This document shows, one piece after another, positions 42,976 through 52,277 of a stretch of DNA of 64,000 nt. Position numbers and translations under genes: made by a program. The DNA comes from Candidatus Eiseniibacteriota bacterium (lineage in GTDB: Bacteria; Eisenbacteria; RBG-16-71-46), in the NCBI GenBank assembly GCA_963744995.1, contig CAVUWA010000011.1, positions 192,001 through 256,000 on the forward strand, read 5' to 3'. The stretch's first letter is position 1, and each line of letters begins with the position of its first letter. A model generated the notes under the pieces. That model saw only the letters and a program-made list of their open reading frames with translations. It was not told the DNA's origin and ran no database searches.

Positions 42976-45690
42976 TCACGAGGCGCTTTCGCGCTCCGTG
43001 GCGGGAAGCTTCCGCTCGACCGAAACGACGTGCCAGTTGCGCCGGTCGGCGCCTTCGCCGATCTCGACCTGCTCGCCGATCGACCGTCCCATCAGCGCGC
43101 GGCCGACGGGCGCCTGGAACGACACGACGTGATCGCCGAGATGGTGTTCCCCTTCGCCGAGCACCCAGTAGGTGAGCACGTCGCCTTCGCTCTCGAGCAC
43201 GACCTCGGTACCGAGGCCCACGATGCCGTCCTTGTGTTCGGTGTCTTCGACGAAGCGCGCCTTGCCGAGTCTGAGCTGCAGCGAGGCGACCATCTTGCTC
43301 ACGTTCGCCTGCTTCTGCTTCGCGGCGTGATATTCGGCGTTCTCCTTGAGGTCGCCGAGCTCGCGCGCCCGCTGGATCGTCGCCGGAATGGTGGTGCGCA
43401 ATTCCTGCTCCATCCGCTCGAGCTCCTGCTGCAGCTTCTCCCAGGTCGCGCGCGTCATCACCGGGATGTCCGCGTCCTCGGCCTGCTTGCCGACCCCCTC
43501 GAACAGCTTCTCGGAACTGGCGCGGCGCGCCGCGTGGATGCTCTCCACCGCGTCCCGGAGCCCGAGCCGGCCCACGCAGTCCAGGGCCGGGAGCAGGAAC
43601 CGGTCGCTCGAGCGCCACTGACGCAGCAGCACCCGGATGCGCAGATTCATGTCTTCGGGACAGTCGCGGCCCTTGAGCAGGCGCTCGAACGCCTCACCTT
43701 CGTCGAGCCACTTGAGCACCTTGTTCGCCAGCGACGGCTTCGGCCGGTCTTCGATCAGCGACAGGGCGGCCCACAGGAGGCGCCAGGGGTCGCCGGGGGG
43801 CGGCGTGGCCGTCAACTCCTCATCGAGCAGCCGGAGCGCCGCCACCGGATGACGCGTGGCGTGCGAGAGCAGCGTGTAGCGCAGGTCGGCGCGCCCGGCC
43901 GAGTCCATGGACTTCTGCATCTTCACCGACAGTTCGCGCACCGAGGAAAAGCGCGAGTTGAGGCCCGAGAGCACCGCGTCCGATTCGACGCCCACCGTGT
44001 GGGCGGACTCGAGCAGCGCGAGCTGTTCGTCTTCCGAGGTCAGATCGCCCACGCTCATCCCGTGTTCCCACAGCGAGCGCAGCACGCCGGACCACTCCTC
44101 GCGGCGTTCCGCGAACCACTTCGCGAAGTAGAGGCCCGCCCGGGCGCGGTCGGTGAGGTCGGCGTCCTCGTCGTACATCGTGCGTTCGACGAACTTGCCG
44201 AAGCGCCGCGACAGCGCCTTTTCGGCCTGCGGATGCTGCGATAGAAACTTGCGCAGGGTCATCAGGTTGGCTCGCGCCGACTTGCGTGGCTGGAGTGGCG
44301 GCAGCGCCACCTCGGAGGCCTCGCCCGGCCCGGCCTCGATTTCGTCCTCGGCCAGCAGCCGGTAGATCTGTTCGAACGCGCGTGAGTGATCGATGCGCGG
44401 GTGCTTCTCGGCGGCCGCCCTGGCCCTGCGCCAGAAGGCGGTCCATTCCTTGGGCGGCACCAGACCGGAGCCGACCATGAAGAGCTTGAGCCGCTTCGCG
44501 TCCGCCTCGCCGCCGATCGACATGAGCGTGCGCGCGACCACTTCGCCCGGATCCGCTTCGCGCATCTTCGCGAGCGCCTGCGGGTCGGTCACGAGCAGCA
44601 GCCTCAAGTCGTCCTCGTCGATCGTGGTCAGCGTGCGCTTGGCCGCATCGTAGGGCATCCGGTGTCCCTTGCGGCCGGCGAAGTCGAGGAACACCTCGAC
44701 GCCGTCATTGGATGCCACCCGGCCCGCACCGAACGAGGCGTGGTAGACGGGTCCGCCGGGAGGCAGCAGGGCGACGCGGTCGAACTGTTCGAGCGCTTCC
44801 ATCAGCGGCTTCTCCGGATCGTCGACACCGGCGGTGGCGAACACCGTGGTGAGGTCGGGCAGGTGGTTGAACGCGGCGCGCAGCGCCGCAGCGAGCGACT
44901 TGCGCAGCGGCAGCGCGGCGTCTTCGTCGTTCTTCTCGACGGCGATCCGGGCGGCCGTGCGGACCGAGTCCACGACTTCACCCCCGCGGCCGGCCTTGTC
45001 GAGCGGCGGGAACGCGATACCGAGCAGCTGCGCCGCCTCCTGGATCGCGCCCTGCTGGACGATGCGCGGGATGGCCTCCACGACCACCACCAGCCCGTCG
45101 AGGTAGAGGTGTTCGGAGAATTCGAGCGCCGCCTCCTCGATGCCGTTGTAACGGGCCTCCGCGGCGAACCGCGGCACCAGCGTGGTCAGCAGCGCGCGGC
45201 GCCGCTCGAGCTCGCCGATGTCGGCGAGCCGCAGCGCGAGCAGCAGCGCGACGTCGAGATCGTCGTCGAGGATCTCGGAAGCGCGCTCGATCGCCTCGAT
45301 GCGTTCGGGGTCCTTGCCCATCCCCTCGTGCGCGGCGATCAGCATGCGGGCCGCGGCCTGGGTGGTTTCGAGGTCGAGGGCCCGCTCGGCGACCGCGGCC
45401 AGCGGCTCCCACTGTTCGTCCTTCTGCAGGCGCTCGCCGAGCCGCAGCAGCGTCTGGTCGGCGCTCGCCACCTCCCCCTGCATCGCACTGACGGCCGCGA
45501 GCAGATAGCTCACGGCCGGCGAGGGATCGGGCTGGCGCAGACGTGCCGCGCATTCGTCGCGCACGAGGGAGAGCGCGTTCTCTTCGAGCGCCTGGTGGGC
45601 GATGGCTTCGAGCCGGGCGCGCGACTCGGGACTCAAGTCCGCGGCTTCGTCGCCGCGGAGAATGGCTGGAAGGTCGTCTCGGGTGGTCAT
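42976..45690 (-). CDS. greA: long-form GreA/GreB elongation factor (904 aa) with helical N-terminus and Tudor-like segment
   Basis: C-terminal ARELGDLKENAEYHAAK and VSFQAPVGRALMG. Internal VYHASFGAGRV. Confidence 0.85.
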   Translation of the reverse strand: MTTRDDLPAILRGDEAADLSPESRARLEAIAHQALEENALSLVRDECAARLRQPDPSPAVSYLLAAVSAMQGEVASADQTLLRLGERLQKDEQWEPLAAVAERALDLETTQAAARMLIAAHEGMGKDPERIEAIERASEILDDDLDVALLLALRLADIGELERRRALLTTLVPRFAAEARYNGIEEAALEFSEHLYLDGLVVVVEAIPRIVQQGAIQEAAQLLGIAFPPLDKAGRGGEVVDSVRTAARIAVEKNDEDAALPLRKSLAAALRAAFNHLPDLTTVFATAGVDDPEKPLMEALEQFDRVALLPPGGPVYHASFGAGRVASNDGVEVFLDFAGRKGHRMPYDAAKRTLTTIDEDDLRLLLVTDPQALAKMREADPGEVVARTLMSIGGEADAKRLKLFMVGSGLVPPKEWTAFWRRARAAAEKHPRIDHSRAFEQIYRLLAEDEIEAGPGEASEVALPPLQPRKSARANLMTLRKFLSQHPQAEKALSRRFGKFVERTMYDEDADLTDRARAGLYFAKWFAERREEWSGVLRSLWEHGMSVGDLTSEDEQLALLESAHTVGVESDAVLSGLNSRFSSVRELSVKMQKSMDSAGRADLRYTLLSHATRHPVAALRLLDEELTATPPPGDPWRLLWAALSLIEDRPKPSLANKVLKWLDEGEAFERLLKGRDCPEDMNLRIRVLLRQWRSSDRFLLPALDCVGRLGLRDAVESIHAARRASSEKLFEGVGKQAEDADIPVMTRATWEKLQQELERMEQELRTTIPATIQRARELGDLKENAEYHAAKQKQANVSKMVASLQLRLGKARFVEDTEHKDGIVGLGTEVVLESEGDVLTYWVLGEGEHHLGDHVVSFQAPVGRALMGRSIGEQVEIGEGADRRNWHVVSVERKLPATERESAS

Positions 45691-45881
45691 CCGGTCCAGT
45701 GCACTGAGAGGTCGCGTGAGACAGGGTCAAGGACTATGCGGCACGAGCCGCCGGCGCGCAAGTCGGGCGGTGCCCGGGGGCCTCTGGGCAGACCCCGTCC
45801 ACCCGCGCGCGCGGCGCCCGCGCGCCCGGGGGCCGGCGCCCCCCTTGTCCGTGCCTCCACCGCCCGCCTATGCTCGGACCC

Positions 45882-46433
45882 ATGAAGATCTACACCCGCA
45901 CCGGAGACGACGGCCGCACCGGCGTGCTCGGCCCCGGGCGCGTCCTCAAGTCGGACCCGCGGGTCGAGGCGTACGGCGCGGTGGACGAGCTCAACGCCGC
46001 GCTCGGCGTGGTGGGCGCCCACGACGCCGAGGGCTGGCTCACGGCGGAGCTCGAGACCTTGCAGTCGCTCCTGCTGCACGCGGGGGCCGAGCTCGCCACC
46101 ACCGAGCGTGGAGCCCTCGAGAAGCTCGACCTCGTGAGCGACGCGGACGTCGCGGCGCTGGAGTCGTGGATCGACCGCTTCGAAGCCGAGCTGGAGCCGC
46201 TCCGGCACTTCCTGCTGCCGGGCGGCACGCCGCTGGCCGCACACCTGCACGTGGCGCGCACGGTGTGCCGGCGCGCCGAGCGGCGCGTCGTCGCGCTGGC
46301 GGAAGCGGGCGGCGCCGACGCGCGCCTGATCCGTTTCCTGAACCGCGTCGCCGATCTGCTGTTCGTGCTCGCACGCTGGTGCAACCGGCGCGCGGGGGTT
46401 TCCGATTCAGCGTGGCACGGTCGCGGCCGATAA
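45882..46433 (+). CDS. pduO: ATP:cob(I)alamin adenosyltransferase (PduO-type)
   Basis: MKIYTRTGDDG.T, EAYGAVDELNA, FLLPGG, ARTVCRRAER, LNRVADLLF. Confidence 0.92.
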   Translation: MKIYTRTGDDGRTGVLGPGRVLKSDPRVEAYGAVDELNAALGVVGAHDAEGWLTAELETLQSLLLHAGAELATTERGALEKLDLVSDADVAALESWIDRFEAELEPLRHFLLPGGTPLAAHLHVARTVCRRAERRVVALAEAGGADARLIRFLNRVADLLFVLARWCNRRAGVSDSAWHGRGR

Positions 46434-46485
46434 TGTCCGCAACGGGACCGCGCCGCGCACGTCACGGAATCGTGAACGAAGGGAC

Positions 46486-46514
46486 TGGACAAGCAGCGCG
46501 ATGATCTGGATAAT
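46486..46514 (+). promoter_or_regulatory. sigma70 promoter upstream of the rho leader
   Basis: TGGACA-N17-GATAAT. Confidence 0.7.
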
Positions 46515-46520
46515 GGTCGC

Positions 46521-46975
46521 GCACACCTTCGAGAGGCGGTGTCGCACCGGCTGGCGCGAAACAGCCGCCGAGTGCCCGCCTCGCTGGTGAACCCGCCCTT
46601 CTCGCCGCCCCGATCGCATCGTGCGTCAGCGCACGCGATCAGGTGAGCACGAGCGAAAGAGTGCGCGCCTCGTCAAGACGCGTAGTCGCGTCGCGGCCAC
46701 GGATGGGCGGTGGTCGAAGCTCGAAGCTCATGCGCCGGTGGTTCGGCGCACGTGAAGGAGCGCTGAGGATCCGCGTCGCGCGACCTGGAGGATCGGCTGA
46801 GGGCCGTCCTCGGTGAAGCGGCCCGGGCGACCGAAACGCCGGCCGGAATCGGCCGAGCGCCGCAACTCAGAGGGCTGAATCCGATTTCAGGGCGATTCGA
46901 ACGTCAGCTGATCCGTCCAGCGACCCCGTTGTACGCATGCCGGTCCATTGTCCGGCATCCTCCATCCAAGGAGCC
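46521..46975 (+). ncRNA. long hairpin-dense 5' leader or ncRNA upstream of rho
   Basis: At least ten serial stem-loops, several with GAAA-containing loops. No credible ORF. Confidence 0.5.
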
Positions 46976-46987
46976 AAAGGAAATCCC

Positions 46988-48208
46988 ATGAGACCACGCC
47001 GTCGCCGCCCCCGCGGACCTCGTCCCGAACAACCGGGCGGCGCCACCGAATCCGGCGCCCCGCAGAGCGAGTCGCCGTCGCAGCCGTCGTCCTCCTCCTC
47101 GGCGACCGGCGCACCCCGCCGCCGCCGCCGCCGTTCCCGGGCCGGCAACCGCCCGATGAACAACAGTGCCCCCTCCCCCTACGCCGGAACCGGACCGTCG
47201 TCGAACGGCTCGCAAACCCGTGGCGGAGGTGGAGGCGGCAACCGGCAGCGCCGCCGGCGCAGCCGCAGCGGCGGAGGCGGTGGGCGCGAAGGCGCGCCGA
47301 AGCGCCGCGGCCTCGAGATCCTCAAGGACCTCCAGCAGGCCGGCTCGGCGCTCGATCCCGACGAACGCCTGATCCTCGAGCTGCCGCCGGGCGAGGGCAA
47401 TCCGCCCTACGGCGACTACCTCACCGGGCGTGCGATCGACCTGATCGCACCCATCGGCCGCGGCCAGCGCTGCCTGATCGTCTCGCCGCCCAAGGCCGGC
47501 AAGACGCGCATCCTCCAGTGCATCGCTTCCGCGGTCGCGCACAACCACCCGGATGTCGACATTTTCGCGCTGCTCGTGGACGAGCGGCCCGAGGAGGTCA
47601 CCGACTTCAGGCGCAACACCCCCGCCGAGGTGATCGCGGCGTCCAGCGACCAGAGCGTGAAGGAGCACATCGAGACCGCCGAGCGGGCGATGGAGATCGT
47701 CGCGGCCAGGGTCCTCGAGGGCAAGGATGTGCTGCTGGTGCTCGACTCGATCACCCGTCTCGCCCGCGCCTACAACGCCGGCGCCGGCGGCAGCGGCCGC
47801 ACCATGTCGGGCGGCCTCGACTCCAACGCGATGCAGTCTCCGCGCCAGATCTTCGGCGCCGCGCGCAAGATCGAGGACGGCGGGTCCCTCACGATCGTCG
47901 GCACGGCGCTGGTCGACACGGGCTCGCGCATGGACCAGGTGATCTTCGAGGAGTTCAAGGGTACCGGCAACAGCGAGATCTTCCTCTCGCGCGACCTGTC
48001 CGAGCGCCGTATCTTCCCGGCGATCGACATCCCGAAGAGCGGCACCCGCAAGGAGGAGAAGCTCTATCCGCCGGACATCGTGCCGCGCTTCCACATGCTG
48101 CGTCGCGCGCTGGCGGGTCTGCATCCGCAGGAGTCGATGACCAAGCTGCTCGAGCTGATGAACCGCACCAAGACCAACGAGCAGATCTTCCAGCTGCTGA
48201 AGGCATAG
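46988..48208 (+). CDS. rho: transcription termination factor Rho, atypical (no OB-fold domain; Arg-rich disordered N-terminus)
   Basis: [68 protein letters not shown]. Confidence 0.9.
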   Translation: MRPRRRRPRGPRPEQPGGATESGAPQSESPSQPSSSSSATGAPRRRRRRSRAGNRPMNNSAPSPYAGTGPSSNGSQTRGGGGGGNRQRRRRSRSGGGGGREGAPKRRGLEILKDLQQAGSALDPDERLILELPPGEGNPPYGDYLTGRAIDLIAPIGRGQRCLIVSPPKAGKTRILQCIASAVAHNHPDVDIFALLVDERPEEVTDFRRNTPAEVIAASSDQSVKEHIETAERAMEIVAARVLEGKDVLLVLDSITRLARAYNAGAGGSGRTMSGGLDSNAMQSPRQIFGAARKIEDGGSLTIVGTALVDTGSRMDQVIFEEFKGTGNSEIFLSRDLSERRIFPAIDIPKSGTRKEEKLYPPDIVPRFHMLRRALAGLHPQESMTKLLELMNRTKTNEQIFQLLKA

Positions 48209-48379
48209 GCGGCGAAGCCGGCGCCGGTCGCCGCGATTCCGGCGCCGAGCACGGCCGCCGCGCCGTGCGAGCTCCCTTCCGGGGGGAACGTTTCGGCGCG
48301 GCCATCCTGACCTCGCCTCGTTTGCCGCGGCCGCGCCCGCACGGCGCGGCGGCCATGTGCGGACGAAGGAGGAGCTGTC

Positions 48380-48580
48380 ATGAGCAAACGTCTCTATCGC
48401 TCACGCAGGGACCGCAAGATCGCGGGCGTCTGCGGCGGGCTGGCCGAGTACTTCGACATCGATCCGACGCTGGTCCGGATCCTGTGGGCCGTGCTGGTGC
48501 TCGGCGCCGGCACCGGCATCCTCGCCTACATCCTGTTCTGGATCATCGTGCCGGAGGCGCCGGAAACGGGAACGGCGTAG
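48380..48580 (+). CDS. pspC: PspC domain protein
   Basis: KRLYRSRRDRKIAGVCGGLAEYFDIDPTLVR..YILFWIIVP. AAGGAGG RBS. Confidence 0.9.
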   Translation: MSKRLYRSRRDRKIAGVCGGLAEYFDIDPTLVRILWAVLVLGAGTGILAYILFWIIVPEAPETGTA

Positions 48581-48692
48581 ACCGCACCCGGCCGCCCGGC
48601 GCCGTGGGCGCGCGGGTCGGCTGCGGAAACGTCATGCGCCCTGCCACGCAGGAGGCCGGCGGGCCCGTTCGACCCCCACGGCGCCCCGCCAC

Positions 48693-51425
48693 CTACCCGT
48701 CCACCCACTGCTTCGCATCCAGCGCCCGCGCGATCCGCGCCCGCGTCTCGATGAGGTGCGCGCGGGTGTAGTCGCCGAGTCCGGCGATACCGAGCGCGCG
48801 GCGGGCGCGGTCGTCGATGCGGGTCAACTCGAGCCGCGCCTGCGCGCGCGCGTCGTCCGGCGTCACTCCCGGCGCGTCGATCATCACGAGCGCAAGCACG
48901 TCCACGTACAGGCGCTGCAGCTCACGCCTTCCCGACGGCCCCTCGAGCCTGCGGAACGCGGCGTCGTTCGAGCCGTCGACCTCGCCCCAGATCGCGTCCG
49001 TCAGGCGGCGGAAGTGCTCCTTCAGCGTATACGGCTCGCGCGTACGGTTCTCCGCTTCGTGCAGCCGCGCGAGCAGGTTGTCGTCGAGCAGCCCGCTCAG
49101 CATCGCGCCCTGGATCGCGAGGATCCGGCCCGAGAGGTCGTAGTCCACGCGTGCGGCGGGCGCGAATTCGGGCGGCAGGCCCCAGTGGGCCCAGCGGTCG
49201 GGCGCGAGGCGGTGGAGCATCGCCTCCGGCACGTCGAACGTCGCCGGCGCGAACACGCTCCTGGCAAGGAACGCCATAGCCTCCCGCTGCTTCGCCGCCG
49301 GAACCGGCGTGAGCGGCGCCTTTGCGCCCGGCTGGCCGCGCCAGTCGCGCTGCTGGTACTGCCCGCCGACGTAGCGGACGGCGTACATGCAGGTGCGGCC
49401 GTAGAGGGCGAACAGCGTGTCCATCGCGCGCGTCAGCACCGGGAACGCGCCGTCTTCGCCGATGATGCGGTTCTCGAACCCCGGGTTCTCCCAGAGGCTT
49501 CTCACGTAGCCGGCGCGCTCCTCGGCCCAGCGCAGCGGGTCGTCGCTCAGATCCCAGCGCTCGGTGCGCGGATCGAGCGCATTCGGCGCGGAGGCGTCGG
49601 CGTCGGTGCCGTACTCGTGGCCGGGCTCGGTGGATTCGTCGGCGATCTCCCGCGCGAACTTCCGGTCGGCGACGATGTCCGTCCAGCCGGCCGTGGCGTA
49701 ACCGAAGCGGATCGCCCAGAGGTCGTACGTGCCGGGCGAGCTGATGAAATACTCGCCCTGCTTCGAGCGGTCGGGGCTGACGTTCGGCGTGACGTAGTCC
49801 ATCACCGAGCCCATCAGACCGTGCGCGCTGGTCCATGCCACGTCATTCAGCCGGTCGAACGGCGTGGCGGTGCTGGCGCGGAAGTTGTGCCTGAGGCCCA
49901 GGGTGTGGCCGACCTCGTGCATGACCAGCCGGATCACGAACGGCTTCATGTATTCGTCCGGCACCGGGCTCCCGGGCGGCATCGCTCCGCCCGCGAGCAG
50001 CGCGGCCCGCATGAGCCCGCCGTCGAGCTCGGCGTTCGCCTGGTCCTCGCACAAGCGCTGCAGATCCACGCCCGCCGGCAACCCGGAGGGCGGGGCGTCG
50101 AGGATGTCGGCCGCGAGGTCCGTCGGTCCCGCGTACTTGCGCCACGACGTGCGATATCCCTGCATCGCCGCGGCTTCGATCAGCACGTCGGCGTCGAGGA
50201 TCTCGCCGGTGCGCGGATCCACGCGCGACGGTCCGATCGCGTTGAACGAACGGCCGGCGGAGGTGATCCAGCGGATCGTGCTGTGGCGCACGTCCTCGGC
50301 GTCCCAGTCGGGGTCCTCCTCTGCGGTCGGTGCATCCTTCGCGATGATCGCATTCTTGAATCCCGCGGCCTCGAATGCCTTCTGCCACTGCTCGACGCCG
50401 GCTCTGACCCACGGCCGGTATTCTTCGGGCACGGTGCGGTCGATGTAGTAGATGATCGGCTTCACCGGCTCCGACAGGGCCGCGGCCGGATCCTTCTTCT
50501 CGAGACGCCAGCGGTTGATGTAGCGGACGAAGAAGTTCTCCTGATCGTCGCGGGAGAAGTCCTTGGTCACGCTGAGGAAGTAGCCCACGCGGTCGTCGGC
50601 GAGGCGCGGGGCCATGGGCTTCTCCGGCAGCTCGACGAACGAGTAGTGGACGCCGATCGACGTGTAGCGGAGATCCGGCACCGAGAGGATCGCCGGGTTC
50701 GGCCGACCCCCGGGCGCGTAGGTGAGCAGCGCCTCGACCTCGGTGTTCTTCGGGAAGTTCTTCACGCTCTCGAGCGCGGAACGACTCCTCTCGAAGCGCG
50801 CCGGCTGCGGGTTCGGCCCGCCGCCGCGGGCGAGCCCCGCCGCGCGCCGGCCGAGGTCGCTCACGTCGCTCAGGAACACGCCGGTCATGTCGACGAGCAG
50901 GGCGGCGCCGGAGTCACGCTCGCTGATGATCTTCAGACTCGCCAGCACCGAGTGGCCGACCGAGAGATTCATCGCCTTCTCGTAGGCCGATCCCTGCGGT
51001 GCTTTGAACCGCTCGTTGCGGTCGATCAGCATCAACCGGTCGCCGTGTTTCTCGAAACGCAGCAGCCGGTCGCTCAGAGGCAGCCCGCCCAGGACGAACG
51101 CGGTGCCGATCCCCTGCGACAGGGTGAAGGCGCCGAGGAAGTCGCGATCGAGCTGCTCCTCGCGGATCTCGAACAGGACGCCGTCCGGCTTGCGGTACAC
51201 CGTGAAGAAGCCGTCGAGCTTCTTCGCCTCCCGGATCGCCTCGTCCCACTTCTTCGCGCCGGCCGGGCCGCCGGGCTGCGCGCCGGCGCCCGCCTTCGCG
51301 CCGCGACCCGCGGCGCCCGGGGGCGGCACCATGCCGGCGCAGCCTGCGAGCAGCGCGAGGGCGGCGGCCGCGGCGAGCGCCGCGGTGGCGCGGGTTCGAT
51401 ACGGCGTGGATCCGGCAGCGGGCAT
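48693..51425 (-). CDS. zinc-dependent metalloprotease (DUF5117/DUF5118/EcxA-type metzincin), lipoprotein
   Basis: Lipobox LLAGC, DPRTGEILDAD, HEVGHTLGLRHNF, SVMDY. Confidence 0.9.
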   Translation of the reverse strand: MPAAGSTPYRTRATAALAAAAALALLAGCAGMVPPPGAAGRGAKAGAGAQPGGPAGAKKWDEAIREAKKLDGFFTVYRKPDGVLFEIREEQLDRDFLGAFTLSQGIGTAFVLGGLPLSDRLLRFEKHGDRLMLIDRNERFKAPQGSAYEKAMNLSVGHSVLASLKIISERDSGAALLVDMTGVFLSDVSDLGRRAAGLARGGGPNPQPARFERSRSALESVKNFPKNTEVEALLTYAPGGRPNPAILSVPDLRYTSIGVHYSFVELPEKPMAPRLADDRVGYFLSVTKDFSRDDQENFFVRYINRWRLEKKDPAAALSEPVKPIIYYIDRTVPEEYRPWVRAGVEQWQKAFEAAGFKNAIIAKDAPTAEEDPDWDAEDVRHSTIRWITSAGRSFNAIGPSRVDPRTGEILDADVLIEAAAMQGYRTSWRKYAGPTDLAADILDAPPSGLPAGVDLQRLCEDQANAELDGGLMRAALLAGGAMPPGSPVPDEYMKPFVIRLVMHEVGHTLGLRHNFRASTATPFDRLNDVAWTSAHGLMGSVMDYVTPNVSPDRSKQGEYFISSPGTYDLWAIRFGYATAGWTDIVADRKFAREIADESTEPGHEYGTDADASAPNALDPRTERWDLSDDPLRWAEERAGYVRSLWENPGFENRIIGEDGAFPVLTRAMDTLFALYGRTCMYAVRYVGGQYQQRDWRGQPGAKAPLTPVPAAKQREAMAFLARSVFAPATFDVPEAMLHRLAPDRWAHWGLPPEFAPAARVDYDLSGRILAIQGAMLSGLLDDNLLARLHEAENRTREPYTLKEHFRRLTDAIWGEVDGSNDAAFRRLEGPSGRRELQRLYVDVLALVMIDAPGVTPDDARAQARLELTRIDDRARRALGIAGLGDYTRAHLIETRARIARALDAKQWVDG

Positions 51426-51471
51426 GTCGTGTGTCCTCCGTCGCGCGCCCGGACGCGCGCGCGGCCCTGCT

Positions 51472-52035
51472 TCAGCCGCTTGCGCGTTCGATGAATTCGC
51501 CGGTACGCGTGTCGATCTTCACGCGGTCGCCGGGAAGGATGTACTGCGGCACGCGGATTTCGATTCCGGTCTCCATGGTGGCCGGCTTCGGTGAAGCCGC
51601 CGCCGTCGAGCCCTTGATGTTCGGCGTCGTGTCCTGGACCGTCAGCTCGACGAACGTCGGCAGATCGACGCCCACCACGCGGCCCTCGAAGTACGACGCC
51701 TCGATCACCATGCCTTCGGTCAGGTAGCCGACGGCGTCGCCGAGCACGTCCTTGTCGAGCGCCATCATCTCGAACGACTCGGTGTTCATGAAGTGGAACT
51801 CGTCGCCCGCCCGGTAGCTGAACTGCAGCTTGTGCTGATCCAGGCTGGCGCGGTCGACCTTGTCTTCGGACGAGAACCGGTGGTCGGTCTTCGATCCGTT
51901 CATGATGTTGACCAGGGTCGCCTGCACGAAACCGCGCAGGTTTCCCGGGGTGCGATGCAGCACGTTCGCCACGCGATACGGTTTCCCGTCGTGCATGATG
52001 ACCATGCCGACCCTCATTTGTGTGGCTTGGATCAC
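51472..52035 (-). CDS. efp: elongation factor P
   Basis: FHFMNTESFE, KPATMETG..VPQYI..GD.VKIDTRTGEFIER. The tip loop is TPGNLRG. Confidence 0.93.
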   Translation of the reverse strand: MIQATQMRVGMVIMHDGKPYRVANVLHRTPGNLRGFVQATLVNIMNGSKTDHRFSSEDKVDRASLDQHKLQFSYRAGDEFHFMNTESFEMMALDKDVLGDAVGYLTEGMVIEASYFEGRVVGVDLPTFVELTVQDTTPNIKGSTAAASPKPATMETGIEIRVPQYILPGDRVKIDTRTGEFIERASG

Positions 52036-52277
52036 GGCGCACTCCTCATCGAGCGGGTCTCAGGTCCCAAAGGGTTCGAGCGGTCGCTCCCGGGCGCGAG
52101 GGAAACGCGTGCGCCGGAGCGACCGGGGAGTGTGCCCGACGCGCTGCCGCCCGCGCAAACCCGCCGTCGCCCGGCGCGGGCCGGCCGCGACCGCCCCCAC
52201 CGTTGACCCGAACGGGAACGGGCCCCTCCCTGCGGCGGGGCCCGTTCCGGACTGCGATCGCATCGCGGGCGCCCGAC

